A stretch of 64,000 bases of DNA from Octopus vulgaris (lineage: Eukaryota). Location: contig OX597819.1 of the NCBI GenBank assembly GCA_951406725.2, positions 17,484,001 through 17,548,000 of the forward strand, given 5' to 3'. Under the pieces are notes generated by a model. The model worked only from the letters and a program-made list of their open reading frames with translations. It made no database searches and was not told the origin of the DNA. Every line of letters begins with the position of its first letter. The first letter of the stretch is position 1. Below, piece after piece: positions 26,411-38,804 of the stretch. A program made the translations under genes and the position numbers.

Positions 26411-27879
26411 TGTAAAATCGAATGTTTTCTTCCCGCTATGTTCACTTGCAAATATCTCAGTGTTTTTTTCTATTTGAATTTTCTTTTTAGGTGTAATTTA
26501 TTTTTGGTTTTTCGAATTTTGTTTCCTGAAATAGCAACATTTTGTATTCTTCAAACCTAAGGTCAAATTTAACATTTAAAATATTTGCAAAAATGTCCAT
26601 TTTTCAGATTTTTAGCTGATAATCAATGAAAAATTTATAAAACCTGGAGGTATTTAAACCGTGAAATAATTGTCAAAACTATAGATTTAAAAAAAAATTA
26701 TGTTTTACCCTATTTTTATTTTATTTTAGGTATTCAAATATTCAGATGCGTTGCTAACTTTTCGTGTGAGTTCGCGAGTTGCTGCCAATATCAGCAGGAT
26801 TGCTCAGAAATAGTTTCCTAATTTTCAGCAAAGATTTCTGACATTTTAATGAATGAATTTAGGGCTGGTGTTTATGGCAGGGATGTGGGGTTAGGTGTAT
26901 GGCTGGCATGTAGGGTTTGGTTTAAGGCTGGGGAAAGCTACATTCATTTGGAGGCAGCGAATTACCAATTTTTAAAGTGTTGGTAGACTACTTCAAGGGA
27001 TTTGTTCCTTGACTTTTATGGAGTCAGTAAAAAATATAAAAAATTTTGGGTGCGAGGTCTTGTAGCACCTGTTCTGGCTTTTTATGTTCTGATAGCGAAG
27101 CTTGCAACTCGCTGGTGACGAGATCTATCAATCGGCTCAAGTCGGTGGCTTTTCCCTTGGTTACACATCAGTGACTTGTAGAGAAGATGCTTGCAAGCAT
27201 GGGTAGCTGGTTGTCTTCTGAGAAAAATCTTACTCACATCTGCAAATACAGACACAGATACATGATCAAAATTTACCGACAAAGGCCGTAATAATTTCCA
27301 TCAATCAAAACCGTTTATTTACTGATTATTTCAACAAAAAGAATGAAAAGTAAACTTAATTCTGATGAGTTTTGAACTTGGAATGCTGAGTGACATAACT
27401 AATCGCTAAAAGTGCCCAGGTGAGAATTTCTAGTGTAAATTCTCCACAAAGCAACAGATTGAATATCAATATTTGGTCCTTGGATGATACGAATACAAAC
27501 TGTTGCAAGTATTTGCTCCTGGTCTCCGGATGCTGAGTATTATTTCCTCACTTCCCAAAAGAGTAAATAAGCGTTGGTTTATCTTTTCTCACTAAACAAA
27601 TTATAAGGTTCTTATTTTTTCTTCCAGTTCCTTGGTGGCTTGGTGGCAAAACCTTTAGATCGTCAAAAGATGTTTTCCCATATTTCACATCGGTCTTAAC
27701 ATGTTTAGTTCATATCCCGCCAAATCCAATCTTTCTTTTCATTTTTGCGGGATCGATGAAATAAAATATCGATTAAGTACCGATTGATGGTATCGACCAA
27801 ACCTCATCCCTTAAGAATTGCTAGTAGATCACTTGCGAAATTGCTTGTGCATCTCGTATGTCGTATTAAATCTTGTAAA

Positions 27880-28130
27880 GTTGCCACTTTAGCAAAGATT
27901 TCTACTCGCCACCTTGGAGGATGACACACACCCCACACCGGATAACTGACAAACAGGATAAATGTCACTGACCATACAATTAGCTGCGTAACCAATCACA
28001 TGTTCATCCACAGACAACTGGTCACATGATAAATTCTCAAGCACAACCTTCATGCTGATTCCTGTCAGTAGGAAGCGAATCATCAAACTGTTGCCAACCA
28101 CATCATCAACCGCACGGTTAACCAAAAGCT
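27880..28130 (-). mobile_element. Possible piggyBac-like transposase remnant
   Basis: QLSVDEHVIGY resembles the piggyBac xSVDExMIxF motif and is followed in another frame by PPRWRVEIFA (cf. PxKWGxKIF). Confidence 0.35.
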
Positions 28131-28405
28131 TTCCTCGTTTATAAATATCCTAAGCACCATTCAAGGGAATACTTCAGAATGAACCATCAGTACAGTTAAT
28201 CTGTAGACACAAGGATCTAATCCTGTTTACTCCCCCAAAACACAATTTTCTACCTATCTGTCCATCAGTTCATCTCCCCATCCGTCCATCTATACATCCA
28301 TTAACTTATGGGGATGCGGAGGACCAAGTAGAGAGTGAGAGAGAGAGGGAATGGGAGAGAAATAGATAGATAGAAACATGCATATATATATATATATATA
28401 TATAT

Positions 28406-28706
28406 GGAGGCGCAATGGCCCAGTGGTTAGGGCAGCGGACTCGCGGTCGTAGGATCACGGTTTCGATTCCCAGACCGGGCGTTGTGTGTTTATTGAGCGA
28501 AAACACCTAAAAGCTCCACGAGGCTCCGGCAGGGGGTGGTGATCCCTGCTGTACTCCTTCACCACTCTTTCTCTCACTCTTTCTTCTGTTGGCCTGCTCG
28601 CTTAGCCAGTGGGGTGGCGTCATTTGAAGGCTAAAACAATGCGAAGCGCATTGTGACCAGCGATGTATAACAACATCTGATAGCCTGGTCGGTCACGGTG
28701 ATCACG

Positions 28707-28710
<4 letters not shown>
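28406..28710 (+). mobile_element. tRNA-derived SINE inserted in (TA)n
   Basis: A-box-like TGGCCCAGTGG and B-box-like GGTTTCGATTCCC. Ends in (TCACGGTGA)2 with (TA)n on both sides. Confidence 0.85.
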
Positions 28711-28753
<43 letters not shown>

Positions 28754-28761
28754 ACACCCAT

Positions 28762-29166
28762 ATGTTTTCCAGAGGCTAAATAACCGTAACATCGTCCTTG
28801 TATACGACTGTAATATTATGTTGGCAAATAAAATTTACTGTTCGGTACTGTTGCCGTATATTTCTCGCTCACAGATTTAAAACAAGTTGGTTTTTCTCTT
28901 TACGAGATCAGCAACCGTGTGTCGTTTAAAAAATATATATAGTAATTGTTGCAACTGGAGGGAGCCTTCATCATTATCCGGTGATTGTCTCACACTGAGG
29001 ACGGGTGGCTACCCAGAAACATAGAGGTCTGTGAGTATTACGTAAGGCTACAGATGAGAGCGATGCCTCCCCATACATATAATACACGGGCAGAAACTGT
29101 GTGCCAGTAGCCAAGTGGAAAAGATGTTTTCCTGGGGCTAAATAACAGTAACATCGTCCTTGTATA
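28762..29166 (+). mobile_element. Retrozyme-like 362-bp monomer with 43-bp direct terminal redundancy
   Basis: 28762-28804 is repeated at 29124-29166. Internal hammerhead, no ORF, (TA)n flanks. Confidence 0.75.
28989..29035 (+). ncRNA. Type I hammerhead ribozyme
   Basis: CTCACA-CTGAGGA-C-GGGT-ggct-ACCC-A-GAAAC-atagag-GTC-TGTGAG. Predicted cleavage after 29029. Confidence 0.8.
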
Positions 29167-29171
29167 TGTAC

Positions 29172-29225
<54 letters not shown>

Positions 29226-29231
29226 ATTATT

Positions 29232-29335
<104 letters not shown>

Positions 29336-29923
29336 CATTATTATTATTATTATAATTATTATTATTATTGTTATTATTAGCGACGAAAGCAGCATTAATG
29401 CCAAAAGATAGTGCTTCTATTCAACTTAACATGAATGTCTTGCTAGAACACCGAATACTGCGCTATTAGCGTTGAGCGATCTTCTCATATAGGTGCTTGG
29501 TGCATAAAACCAAACACATAAACCGCAAGTTGGATATAAAGATTACCTTATATGTGCGTGTGCGTGTGTGTGAGGGGGAGAGAGAGTGAGAGAGGGAGAT
29601 GGAGTGAAAGGAGAGAGTGTGTATGTGTGATATACTAGGTAATATATTCGCTTGCTAGAAACATTAGCCAAAGCTCCCTCTTATATAATAATCCGGCTAA
29701 CTTAATTAAATGAAATATGCGATTGGTTAAGTAGTCTAAAGAAATATAGAAAAGCGGAACATGGTGGGAATCCGTTTGATGTGTGATTTATTCAATCAGG
29801 GACTAAAACCTCGATAAAATAACAACTAACGACAAGAAAGTAAGGAAACGTGAAATGTTTTTATTGCACTTGTCAATTCGGTAATGGAACTGGATTTCGT
29901 ATATAGGGACACCAATGAAGCAA

Positions 29924-29957
<34 letters not shown>

Positions 29958-30387
29958 GCATACTTGCACATACACGCGACTATGTGTGTATATAGTGTGT
30001 ATACATGTAACACTTAAAATGAAAGCAACGAAGTCCAAGATCGAAACCGAGCAGTGTTGTGTCATTGTGTTACCGGGAAGAACTTAAGCATAAAGTCTAA
30101 TGATTCTTGGCATGTAATTACAGTAATATGCTGACTGTATTTACGAATCTCAACTGGAAAACTGTAGAGCAAAGGGTAAAAATATTGTTGACATGAAGAT
30201 TAATTAAAGATTCAAGTAGAAAAAGTGACGACTAATTACATTAACGCTACAATAGATAACTGCTTAATGAAGGAAGCACATCATTGAGGAATGGTATGTG
30301 TAATTTTGTGTGTGTGTGTATGTGTGTGTGTACGTGTGTGTGTGTGTGTGTGTGTGTTTGTATGTTTGTAAGTACACGCATACAAAG

Positions 30388-30448
<61 letters not shown>

Positions 30449-30590
30449 TATATAACTGTATACAGGTATATATGTATGTACGTACATAGGTATATAGGTG
30501 TGTGTGTGTGTGTGCGTGTGTTTGTATGTTTGTAAGTACACGCATACAAAGATATACATATATATATATATATATATATACATACATACA

Positions 30591-30647
<57 letters not shown>

Positions 30648-30689
30648 CTGTATACAGGTATATATGTATGTACGTAACGTACATAGGTA

Positions 30690-30726
<37 letters not shown>

Positions 30727-30884
30727 TTTGTTTGCTGCAGTTGTATTTTTGAGGAAATCGATAATCTACATGACAAATTCTCTTCTTGGCTAATGAACTT
30801 GGATGACAATTATCGTCATCATCATCATAATCATCATCATCATCATCATCATTATTATTATTATGATTATTATTATTATTATTA

Positions 30885-30924
<40 letters not shown>

Positions 30925-31300
30925 GATGATGTTGCGGATGATAATGATGACAGCAATGATGGATGTGGCAGTGATGATGGTGGTGATGAGGCTGATGTTG
31001 ATGAAATTATGCAAGAATAGCATAAAGAAAAATACAATCTCGGCAGCAATGGCAACAACAACAACAACAACAACAAAAGAAATACGACTGTCACCATAGT
31101 AACAGTGACAGCAACAGTGACAAGTCTATTAGCAAATGAACCGTAACTATCACTTTTAGCAAAAGCCGGCAAAAGACAAAAACAAAATATTCGCCACCAT
31201 CTCCCCCACCTACAAAAATGCCTGCAAAACCACAACTGTTAAAAAAAAAATAACAACAATAACTAGAAGAAAAGGGCAAAACTCAGTAATATTGAGACCA

Positions 31301-31331
<31 letters not shown>

Positions 31332-32101
31332 TAACAGCAGTAACTACACTGACACCTTAACCACCTCCACCGACAGCAGCAACAACTACAACAACATCAG
31401 GCCTAAAATCTGTAGGGAGGGGTCTTGGATTAACATCAATCCAAGTATTCGATTGATACCCCATTTTATCGACTCCAGGAAGATGAAAGCTTAAGTCGAC
31501 TGGTGAGATTCGAACTCAGAATATAAAGGGCCAGAACAATACTGGTATTTATTGTTAAGAAGTTTCGGAAACAGCAGTATCAAAGACAACCATTTCATAA
31601 TACAACACCAATAAGGACATCAATATCAACAACATTGTTAATAGCCAAGAGAGAGAATGTCAGCTGTGACCCTAACGATAAGTAATATCAGCAACAATGA
31701 CTTCGCCGTTGCATAAGCGAGAAGTGCAAGTGAAAACGCACTCAAGTTAGACTTTAACATATTGGAATCAGAGAGTCACATTGGGAAATGTAATCAGAGG
31801 TACTGACTAGATTACACACCGGCTGTTGTATTATATCTGTGCAGCAGCTATTTTGGTAGTGGAATGGGTGGTCTTGGTAGGTTAGTCAACTGTGGAGTCG
31901 AAGGGAGTGTATTAGGGAAGTACAGCTTTTTTGGGATCCTTAAAACATAGCGTAATCAATCTCTCGCAGGTCTGAGCTCGACCGATTTCTACCAGAAAAA
32001 AAAGCATGTAAGAGTGAGATTTGGGAAATGTATACGCCATGGGAACAAGGAAACCGGTCCTTTTGAGACGGTAGGACTCAGGAAGGAAACTTTACGTTAC
32101 C

Positions 32102-32133
<32 letters not shown>

Positions 32134-32186
32134 TGTATGTATGTATGTATGTATGTATGTATGTATGTATGTGTATGCTGTCTGTC

Positions 32187-32302
<116 letters not shown>

Positions 32303-32307
32303 GTCTA

Positions 32308-32356
<49 letters not shown>

Positions 32357-32374
32357 ATGTATGTATATGTTTGT

Positions 32375-32580
32375 GTGTCTGTGTTTTTTCCTCCCACCAC
32401 CGTTTGACAACAGATGCTGGTGTGTTTACGTCCCGATAACTTAGCGGTGCTGTTCGTTAAAAAAGGACCTATAGTATAAGTACTAGGCTCACAATGACTG
32501 AAATCTGGGGTCGATTTGCTCGACTAAAGGCGGTTCTCCAGCATGGTCACAGTCAAATGACTGAAACAAATAAAAGAAAT
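32375..32580 (+). mobile_element. 3' half of the bipartite SINE
   Basis: gatgctggtgtgtttacgtccc...ggcggttctccagcatggtcacagtcaaatgactgaaac matches 7720-7905. Confidence 0.8.
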
Positions 32581-32666
32581 CAGCGATAACAACAATAGGA
32601 GCTGCAGCAGTGACCACCACTACAGAAACATTAATAGTAGCGGTAAGAATAAAGCATGGAAGACAA

Positions 32667-32717
<51 letters not shown>

Positions 32718-32946
32718 CAGCAGCCATAAAAAGGAAAACAACAGTTAGAAGAGCAGTATCAGAGAGAGCGAGAAATATCACAACAACGATAGCAGTAATA
32801 AGATGGGGGAAACAAAGATGGGGTACAAAGATACAAGTGATTTTATGAAAGGAACGAAATGCGTCATCATTAAAAAAAAAGAACCTGAAACGAGAGAGAA
32901 GGAAAATTACAAGGAATCTACAAAACGGCCACCAAAGGAATAAGAT

Positions 32947-33025
<79 letters not shown>

Positions 33026-33373
33026 ACCACCACCACCACCACCACCACCACCACCACCACTACCACTTTTCGTCACAAACAAACTTTGCATCGGAGGCGG
33101 CAAAGGCGTCGAGTCCAGTGTTATACACCGATGTGTGCACGAATGTGTTTGCGGGAGTGTATATATACGTGTACGTATGCACGTGCATAGACATACAAAC
33201 ACATAAATATATAAGTATATACATATAATATATATATGCATATGAATACAGTATACATATCTCACACACACACACACACACATATATATGCGTGTGTGTG
33301 TATGTATATGTGTGTCTCTCTCTCTCTATATATATACATATATATATATCCATATATATATATCCATATATTC

Positions 33374-33415
<42 letters not shown>

Positions 33416-33807
33416 ATGCATTGTATAAATACAAATGTATATTATAAATGTGTGTTCGTATGTGTGTGTGTGTGTGTTTGTGAGGTCCGTAATAGCGCTT
33501 AACGTCTGTTTTTATGGCTGGTGATCAAAAGATATAGTCGAGTGGCCTCCTTCGCTTCAATATAAATGAGTGGAAAGGGTCTTTTGCTATGGGAAACTAA
33601 TAACTTAATACATCTATTAGCCTGGCACGAAATACACATACCCAGATTTAGCTACACGCCTACATACATGCGCAGAATCACTAACACATAAATTGAGTTA
33701 TATTTTTTCCTTCCCAAAACAGCGTTAAGATCAGCTAAACATATATACTGTGTACATATATATATATATTGATCAGCTAAACATATATACAATGTACAAA
33801 TGTATAC

Positions 33808-33912
<105 letters not shown>

Positions 33913-34119
33913 ATATAAGTGTGTATATGACCACACACACACATACACACACAGACACACACACATATATATACATGTATATATATACACATATATACAT
34001 ATATATACATGTATATATGTGTGTGTATATGACCACACACACACGTACACATACACATTAATATATATCCATTTGCACATACATATTTACCCACACATAA
34101 ACGTATACATGAATGTCTA

Positions 34120-34182
<63 letters not shown>

Positions 34183-34974
34183 GCATACTTACATACAAAC
34201 ATACACGCGTGCATACATATATACACACTCACATGCATACTCACACACAGACATGTATATAAGCATTTATGCGTATATAGGTTGTGTATGCGAATTAGTT
34301 TTCTTATAGAGCTGGTCCATTGAATACAGGATTGCGTACTAGTGTTATAGTTCTTAAGAAGACTATTCTCTTCATACGATTTCCTTACTCTTTATCGAAA
34401 TAACATTCCGAAATCCATCATCAACACTTCCAGAACTTCATATGTACAAAAGGAAGTGGAAGTTGGCACGTTTTGTTGTCGCTTTATACCTGTGAGGGGC
34501 AACGAGATAAGCACTGTCGTTACAAACGGAATTTGAATACTTGAAGTTTTAACTGCAATCAGCCAAATGTCTATGTTTCTTCGTGATTAAAGTACACTGT
34601 TTAAAGTTCTCAATCGGATCATCTCTAACTATAATAATCGTCTATTTTCTCTGTGGGAATTCTACTAAAATATAGATATATTGTTTACTAATGTTTTCTT
34701 ATCTAATTTTGCTTTCTATCTCGTGCTGACATGAGGGTATCCTTCTTGTTTGACTCATGTATCGGTTTTACTTGTGATACTTACGACCTCTAACTTTCTG
34801 ATGGAATCTATAAATGGCATCGTTAAAAAAAACTCTAATACCGTTGGTGCAATATCGTTACAAATCCCAGTGGCTTTACCTACCGTTAAGAAGTGTTGAA
34901 ATGCACTAATAATAACTCTTCCCGAAGATAAGACAACGAAAGTCTGTAAATATTTGAAAACTCTTCTAAATGTT

Positions 34975-35125
34975 TCTGTGGTAAGTAGCTTGCTTACCAA
35001 CCACATGGTTCCGGGTTCAGTCCCACTGCGTGGCACCTGGGGCAAGCGTCTTCAATAACAGCCTCGGGCCTACCAGAGCCTTGTGAGTGAATTTAGTAGA
35101 TGGAAACTGAAAAAAGCCCGTCGTG
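34975..35125 (+). mobile_element. 5' half of the bipartite SINE
   Basis: Matches 7498-7648 (gtagcttgcttaccaaccacatggttccgggttcagtcccactgcgtggca...). Confidence 0.85.
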
Positions 35126-35184
35126 TATATATATATATATATATATATAGTGTGTATATATATATATAGTGTGTCTATATATAT

Positions 35185-35641
35185 ATAGTGTGTCTATAGT
35201 CAGCTGGAGGAGATACCTTCCTGGGGCTACAAACTACAGTAGCATCCACCCTTAGGGGTTAGCCATATTCAAATGGCAAATATACGTCACGATGTGTTAC
35301 CGCTACTGTTTATAACTCGCTCTGAGATTTATCATTGTTTGATTTCACTTTCTCAATATCAGTGTCAATCGACACTGGAAAAAGTATATGTATTTGTGAA
35401 GGGAGCTGACTTCTCGTCGACAACCATGATTGTCACACGCTGATGATAGGTAAACACCTTGAAACTCGAGTCCGTGTGTATCATGAGTTGAAGACGGGGA
35501 GGATGACTTCCCTTCACAAATACTGAGAGGGCACAGATAGTGTGTCTATAGCCAGCTGGAGGAGATACCTTCCTGGGGCTACAAACTACAGTAGCATCCA
35601 CCCTTAGGGGTTAGCCATATTTAAATGGCAAATATGCGTCA

Positions 35642-35645
<4 letters not shown>
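35185..35645 (+). mobile_element. Retrozyme-like 352-bp monomer with about 109-bp direct terminal redundancy
   Basis: 35185-35293 is repeated at 35537-35645 (offset 352, few mismatches). Hammerhead at the apex of a long hairpin, (TA)n flanks. Confidence 0.85.
35434..35478 (+). ncRNA. Type I hammerhead ribozyme with palindromic stem III
   Basis: CACACG-CTGATGA-T-AGGT-aaac-ACCT-T-GAAAC-TCGA-GTC-CGTGTG. The stem III region ACTCGAGT is self-complementary. Predicted cleavage after 35472. Confidence 0.88.
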
Positions 35646-35681
<36 letters not shown>

Positions 35682-35721
35682 ATATATATATCGTGACGCA
35701 TATTTGCCATTTATATATATT

Positions 35722-35759
<38 letters not shown>

Positions 35760-35765
<6 letters not shown>

Positions 35766-36658
35766 TTAGAGACAAAACCACTATTTTGCAAAACAAACAA
35801 GGAAAGACTTAATCAACACATAAAATTTTAATAAAAAGTAAAAAAACCGCCACTACAATTGTTTCATGTCTTCTGATGACAATCTTCAGGTGGATTTCCG
35901 ATCTAAAATATCAATATATTAAAATATAAGTTTAAAATATTTTAAAATAATAAAAAATATAAATATATAATCTATATATAACCTATATATAATCCATATA
36001 TAATCAATGTATAATCTAAAATAAACCCTATCAACAATTAAATATAAAACAAAATAAAAATAAACTATACATACACACATACGCATACACTTATAACTAA
36101 GTATATATAACCATATCTAAATACATACACTAACTCACACACCTACATATATATCCCTATACATACACATAAAAACGTCTAGGCAACGATAAATAAATAA
36201 AATAGCCAAATACTTCAACACATTACTTATTCATACTCCCTCACACACACATACAACCCACATACATAAACAATATACATATATCCGCTCACACATACAT
36301 ATACATACATACAGAACTCGATATATACTCCAATATATTCACACCCACATCTATACCGATAAATAAATTACGCAAACAATCACACACACACACACACACA
36401 CACATTCACACATACATAAACACTCAAAAGAAAAATAAACAATTCTTTACACGTGGTGATCGAACGTATTTTTTAAAATTATGAACGGAATAATATATAA
36501 TCAACGTAAATTTACTCCAAAACATTAATAAACCATCATGATAAATGAAACCCATTTTACTATAAAATTGGATTTAATCCTAAATCTGATTTTTTCCCTG
36601 TAAATTTGGATTTATTCCCTAATATTTATTATTATTATTATTATTATATATATATTAT

Positions 36659-36691
<33 letters not shown>

Positions 36692-36955
36692 ATGTATGTA
36701 TGTATGTATGTATGTATATATGTTTATATACACATACATACATACATATATATTAAAAAAAGATATATATATATAATAAAAATATAATAATTTATAAACA
36801 TAAGTTTAAAAATTTTAAATTTTAATAATTTAAATTATAAATTTCATATTTTGTATATATATTGTATATTATATTAATTATTTTTTATTTTTTATGTTTT
36901 GGTTTATGTCTATCACTGTTTGAGTTGCCTAATAGTGGTTTTATCTCTAATTTAA
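35760..36955 (-). mobile_element. Non-coding Penelope-associated element with inverted terminal copy
   Basis: Contains hammerhead 35850-35893. aattagagacaaaaccactatt (35764-35785) is inverted at 36930-36951. Confidence 0.55.
35850..35893 (-). ncRNA. Minimal type I hammerhead ribozyme
   Basis: Minus strand CCAC-CTGAAGA-T-TGTC-atcagaa-GACA-T-GAAAC-AATT-GTA-GTGG, with palindromic ACAATTGT stem III. Confidence 0.8.
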
Positions 36956-36977
36956 GTTATATATATATATATATATA

Positions 36978-37355
36978 CTAGCAGTATCGCCCGGCGTTGC
37001 TCAGGTTTGTAAGGGAAATAACTATAAAGCATTTTCAGAGAGTTATAGCCAAAAAATAGCAAAAAAATGGAAAAAAAATTATGGTAAATTTTTTTGAGTT
37101 AAAAAAGGTCGAGTTGCGTCCCCTAGACATTCTGTGGTTTGTGTTTCTGATTCTCGACCCCATGTCGAATTTATCGATTTTTTTCAGAACTGGGGGAACT
37201 TTTCAAAATTTTCGCTGCGTTAGTTTTGAATTATGACATTGGGCTATGTGTGTGTCAAGTTTCATCAGAATCGGTTGAAAGCCGTGGTCAGAGTGAGGGT
37301 ACAAGCAAACAGACACACAGAAACACGCACAGACAAACTGCCGTTTATATAATAT
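36978..37355 (-). mobile_element. Non-autonomous Helitron-like element
   Basis: Minus-strand 3' end ...CCTGAGCAACGCCGGGCGATACTG-CTAG|T gives a GC-rich subterminal hairpin and CTAG terminus before T. There is a TGTC/TGTG microsatellite near the 5' end and the element is inserted in (TA)n. Confidence 0.65.
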
Positions 37356-37356
37356 A

Positions 37357-37409
<53 letters not shown>

Positions 37410-37416
37410 ATGTATA

Positions 37417-37620
37417 GTTGGAATTTACAAAAAAAGAATAAACAAAACAAAAGAAGACAGGTGTGTAAACAACAAACAGATATATTAGTTTAATGCTCGG
37501 GAAATGAGAAAGTGTTTTATGTTTCGAGCCTAGGCTCTTCGGCAGAAAGAAACACAGAAATAAACAGAGAGAGAAAATATAAAAAAAAAGGTTTAGTGGC
37601 TAGCAATCAATCATGGCGAA
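37417..37620 (-). mobile_element. Penelope-type pseudo-LTR fragment with decayed hammerhead (37514-37550)
   Basis: Homologous to 3546-3790. Minus strand TCTTT-CTGCCGA-A-GAGCC-ta-GGCTC-GAAAC. Confidence 0.6.
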
Positions 37621-37649
37621 TATGTGTGTGTGTGTGGGCATGTGTATAT

Positions 37650-37860
37650 GTTTGTGTGTCTGTGTTTGTCCCCCCAACATCGCTTGACGGCCGATGTTGG
37701 CGTGTTTATGTCCCCGTAACTCAGCGATGCGGCAAAATAGACCGATAGGATAAGCACTAGGCTTTCAAAGAATAAGTCCTGGGGTCGATTTGTTCGACTA
37801 AAGGCGGTGCTCCACCGTGGCCGCAGTCAAAGGACTGAAACACAGAAAAGAATAAAAGAA
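37650..37860 (+). mobile_element. 3' half of the bipartite SINE
   Basis: Matches 7715-7905, including tail ggcggtgctccaccgtggccgcagtcaaaggactgaaac. Confidence 0.85.
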
Positions 37861-38102
37861 ACTCAAACGAAAATAGAAAATGATAAAATTACAATAATAT
37901 TGCTTTGAAACCTTAAGAATTCCGTTGAGAAGAAACACCACATCCCTGCGTTACTCCTGTAGTATGTCTGTGTAATATATAGAGAATACCAAACGAGTTC
38001 CCTATGGATACCGTATTTATTACAACTAGTGGCTTGTAAACGTATCTAACGAGCGAAATTCTTCACGTTTAGTTGTAACTTATGAATGACAAAAGTAGTG
38101 CC

Positions 38103-38206
38103 GTCACCGTGACCTGAAGTCATCACCATGGATAGACCAATCAGAAGCAGCGCTGTCACCGTGACCTCGGGTCATCACCATGGATTGACCAATCAGAAGC
38201 ATCGCT
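38103..38206. repeat. 52-bp tandem duplication containing CCAAT
   Basis: gtcaccgtgacct...catcaccatggat.gaccaatcagaagca.cgct occurs twice (38103 and 38155). Confidence 0.85.
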
Positions 38207-38651
38207 CGCAGTATCTGACATATGTTAGATACCAAAAATATCTCAAAGTGTTCTCACTCACATGTGTGTAATAAAACATGGATAGCACACTTTATAGAAT
38301 GAGTCGTTTATAAACATACATCATTATGTTAACGTACAACACACACACGCTCTCGCGTACACACTTTCACACACATCTACATATATATACATTATTACTT
38401 TTAAAAACAGTTTGGTCCAAGTAAGAGTTTCGTAGGCTCAGCACACGAACCTGTCTTGTCAGGCTTAGAGGAGCCAACGAAACGTTAGGTGCCATCCAAC
38501 CGAATCAAGCCGCTACCAAATAATGATGCATTTCAATCTTACCAAATGTTTTCTGTGCCTCTTTCGATTGTCCACGCATACATATGTGTGTGTATGTGCG
38601 CGCGCGTTTATACTTGTGTGTATGTGTATATATATGCACACACACACACAT

Positions 38652-38710
<59 letters not shown>

Positions 38711-38758
38711 CATACATATGTAAATATGTATATATATACGCATATATATATGCACATA

Positions 38759-38804
<46 letters not shown>

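Noticed and set aside
28406-28480. tRNA-like sequences at SINE heads (also 7485, 20588, 50264, 56299)
   Set aside because: They continue into repeated SINE bodies and lack clean cloverleaves, so they are not tRNA genes.
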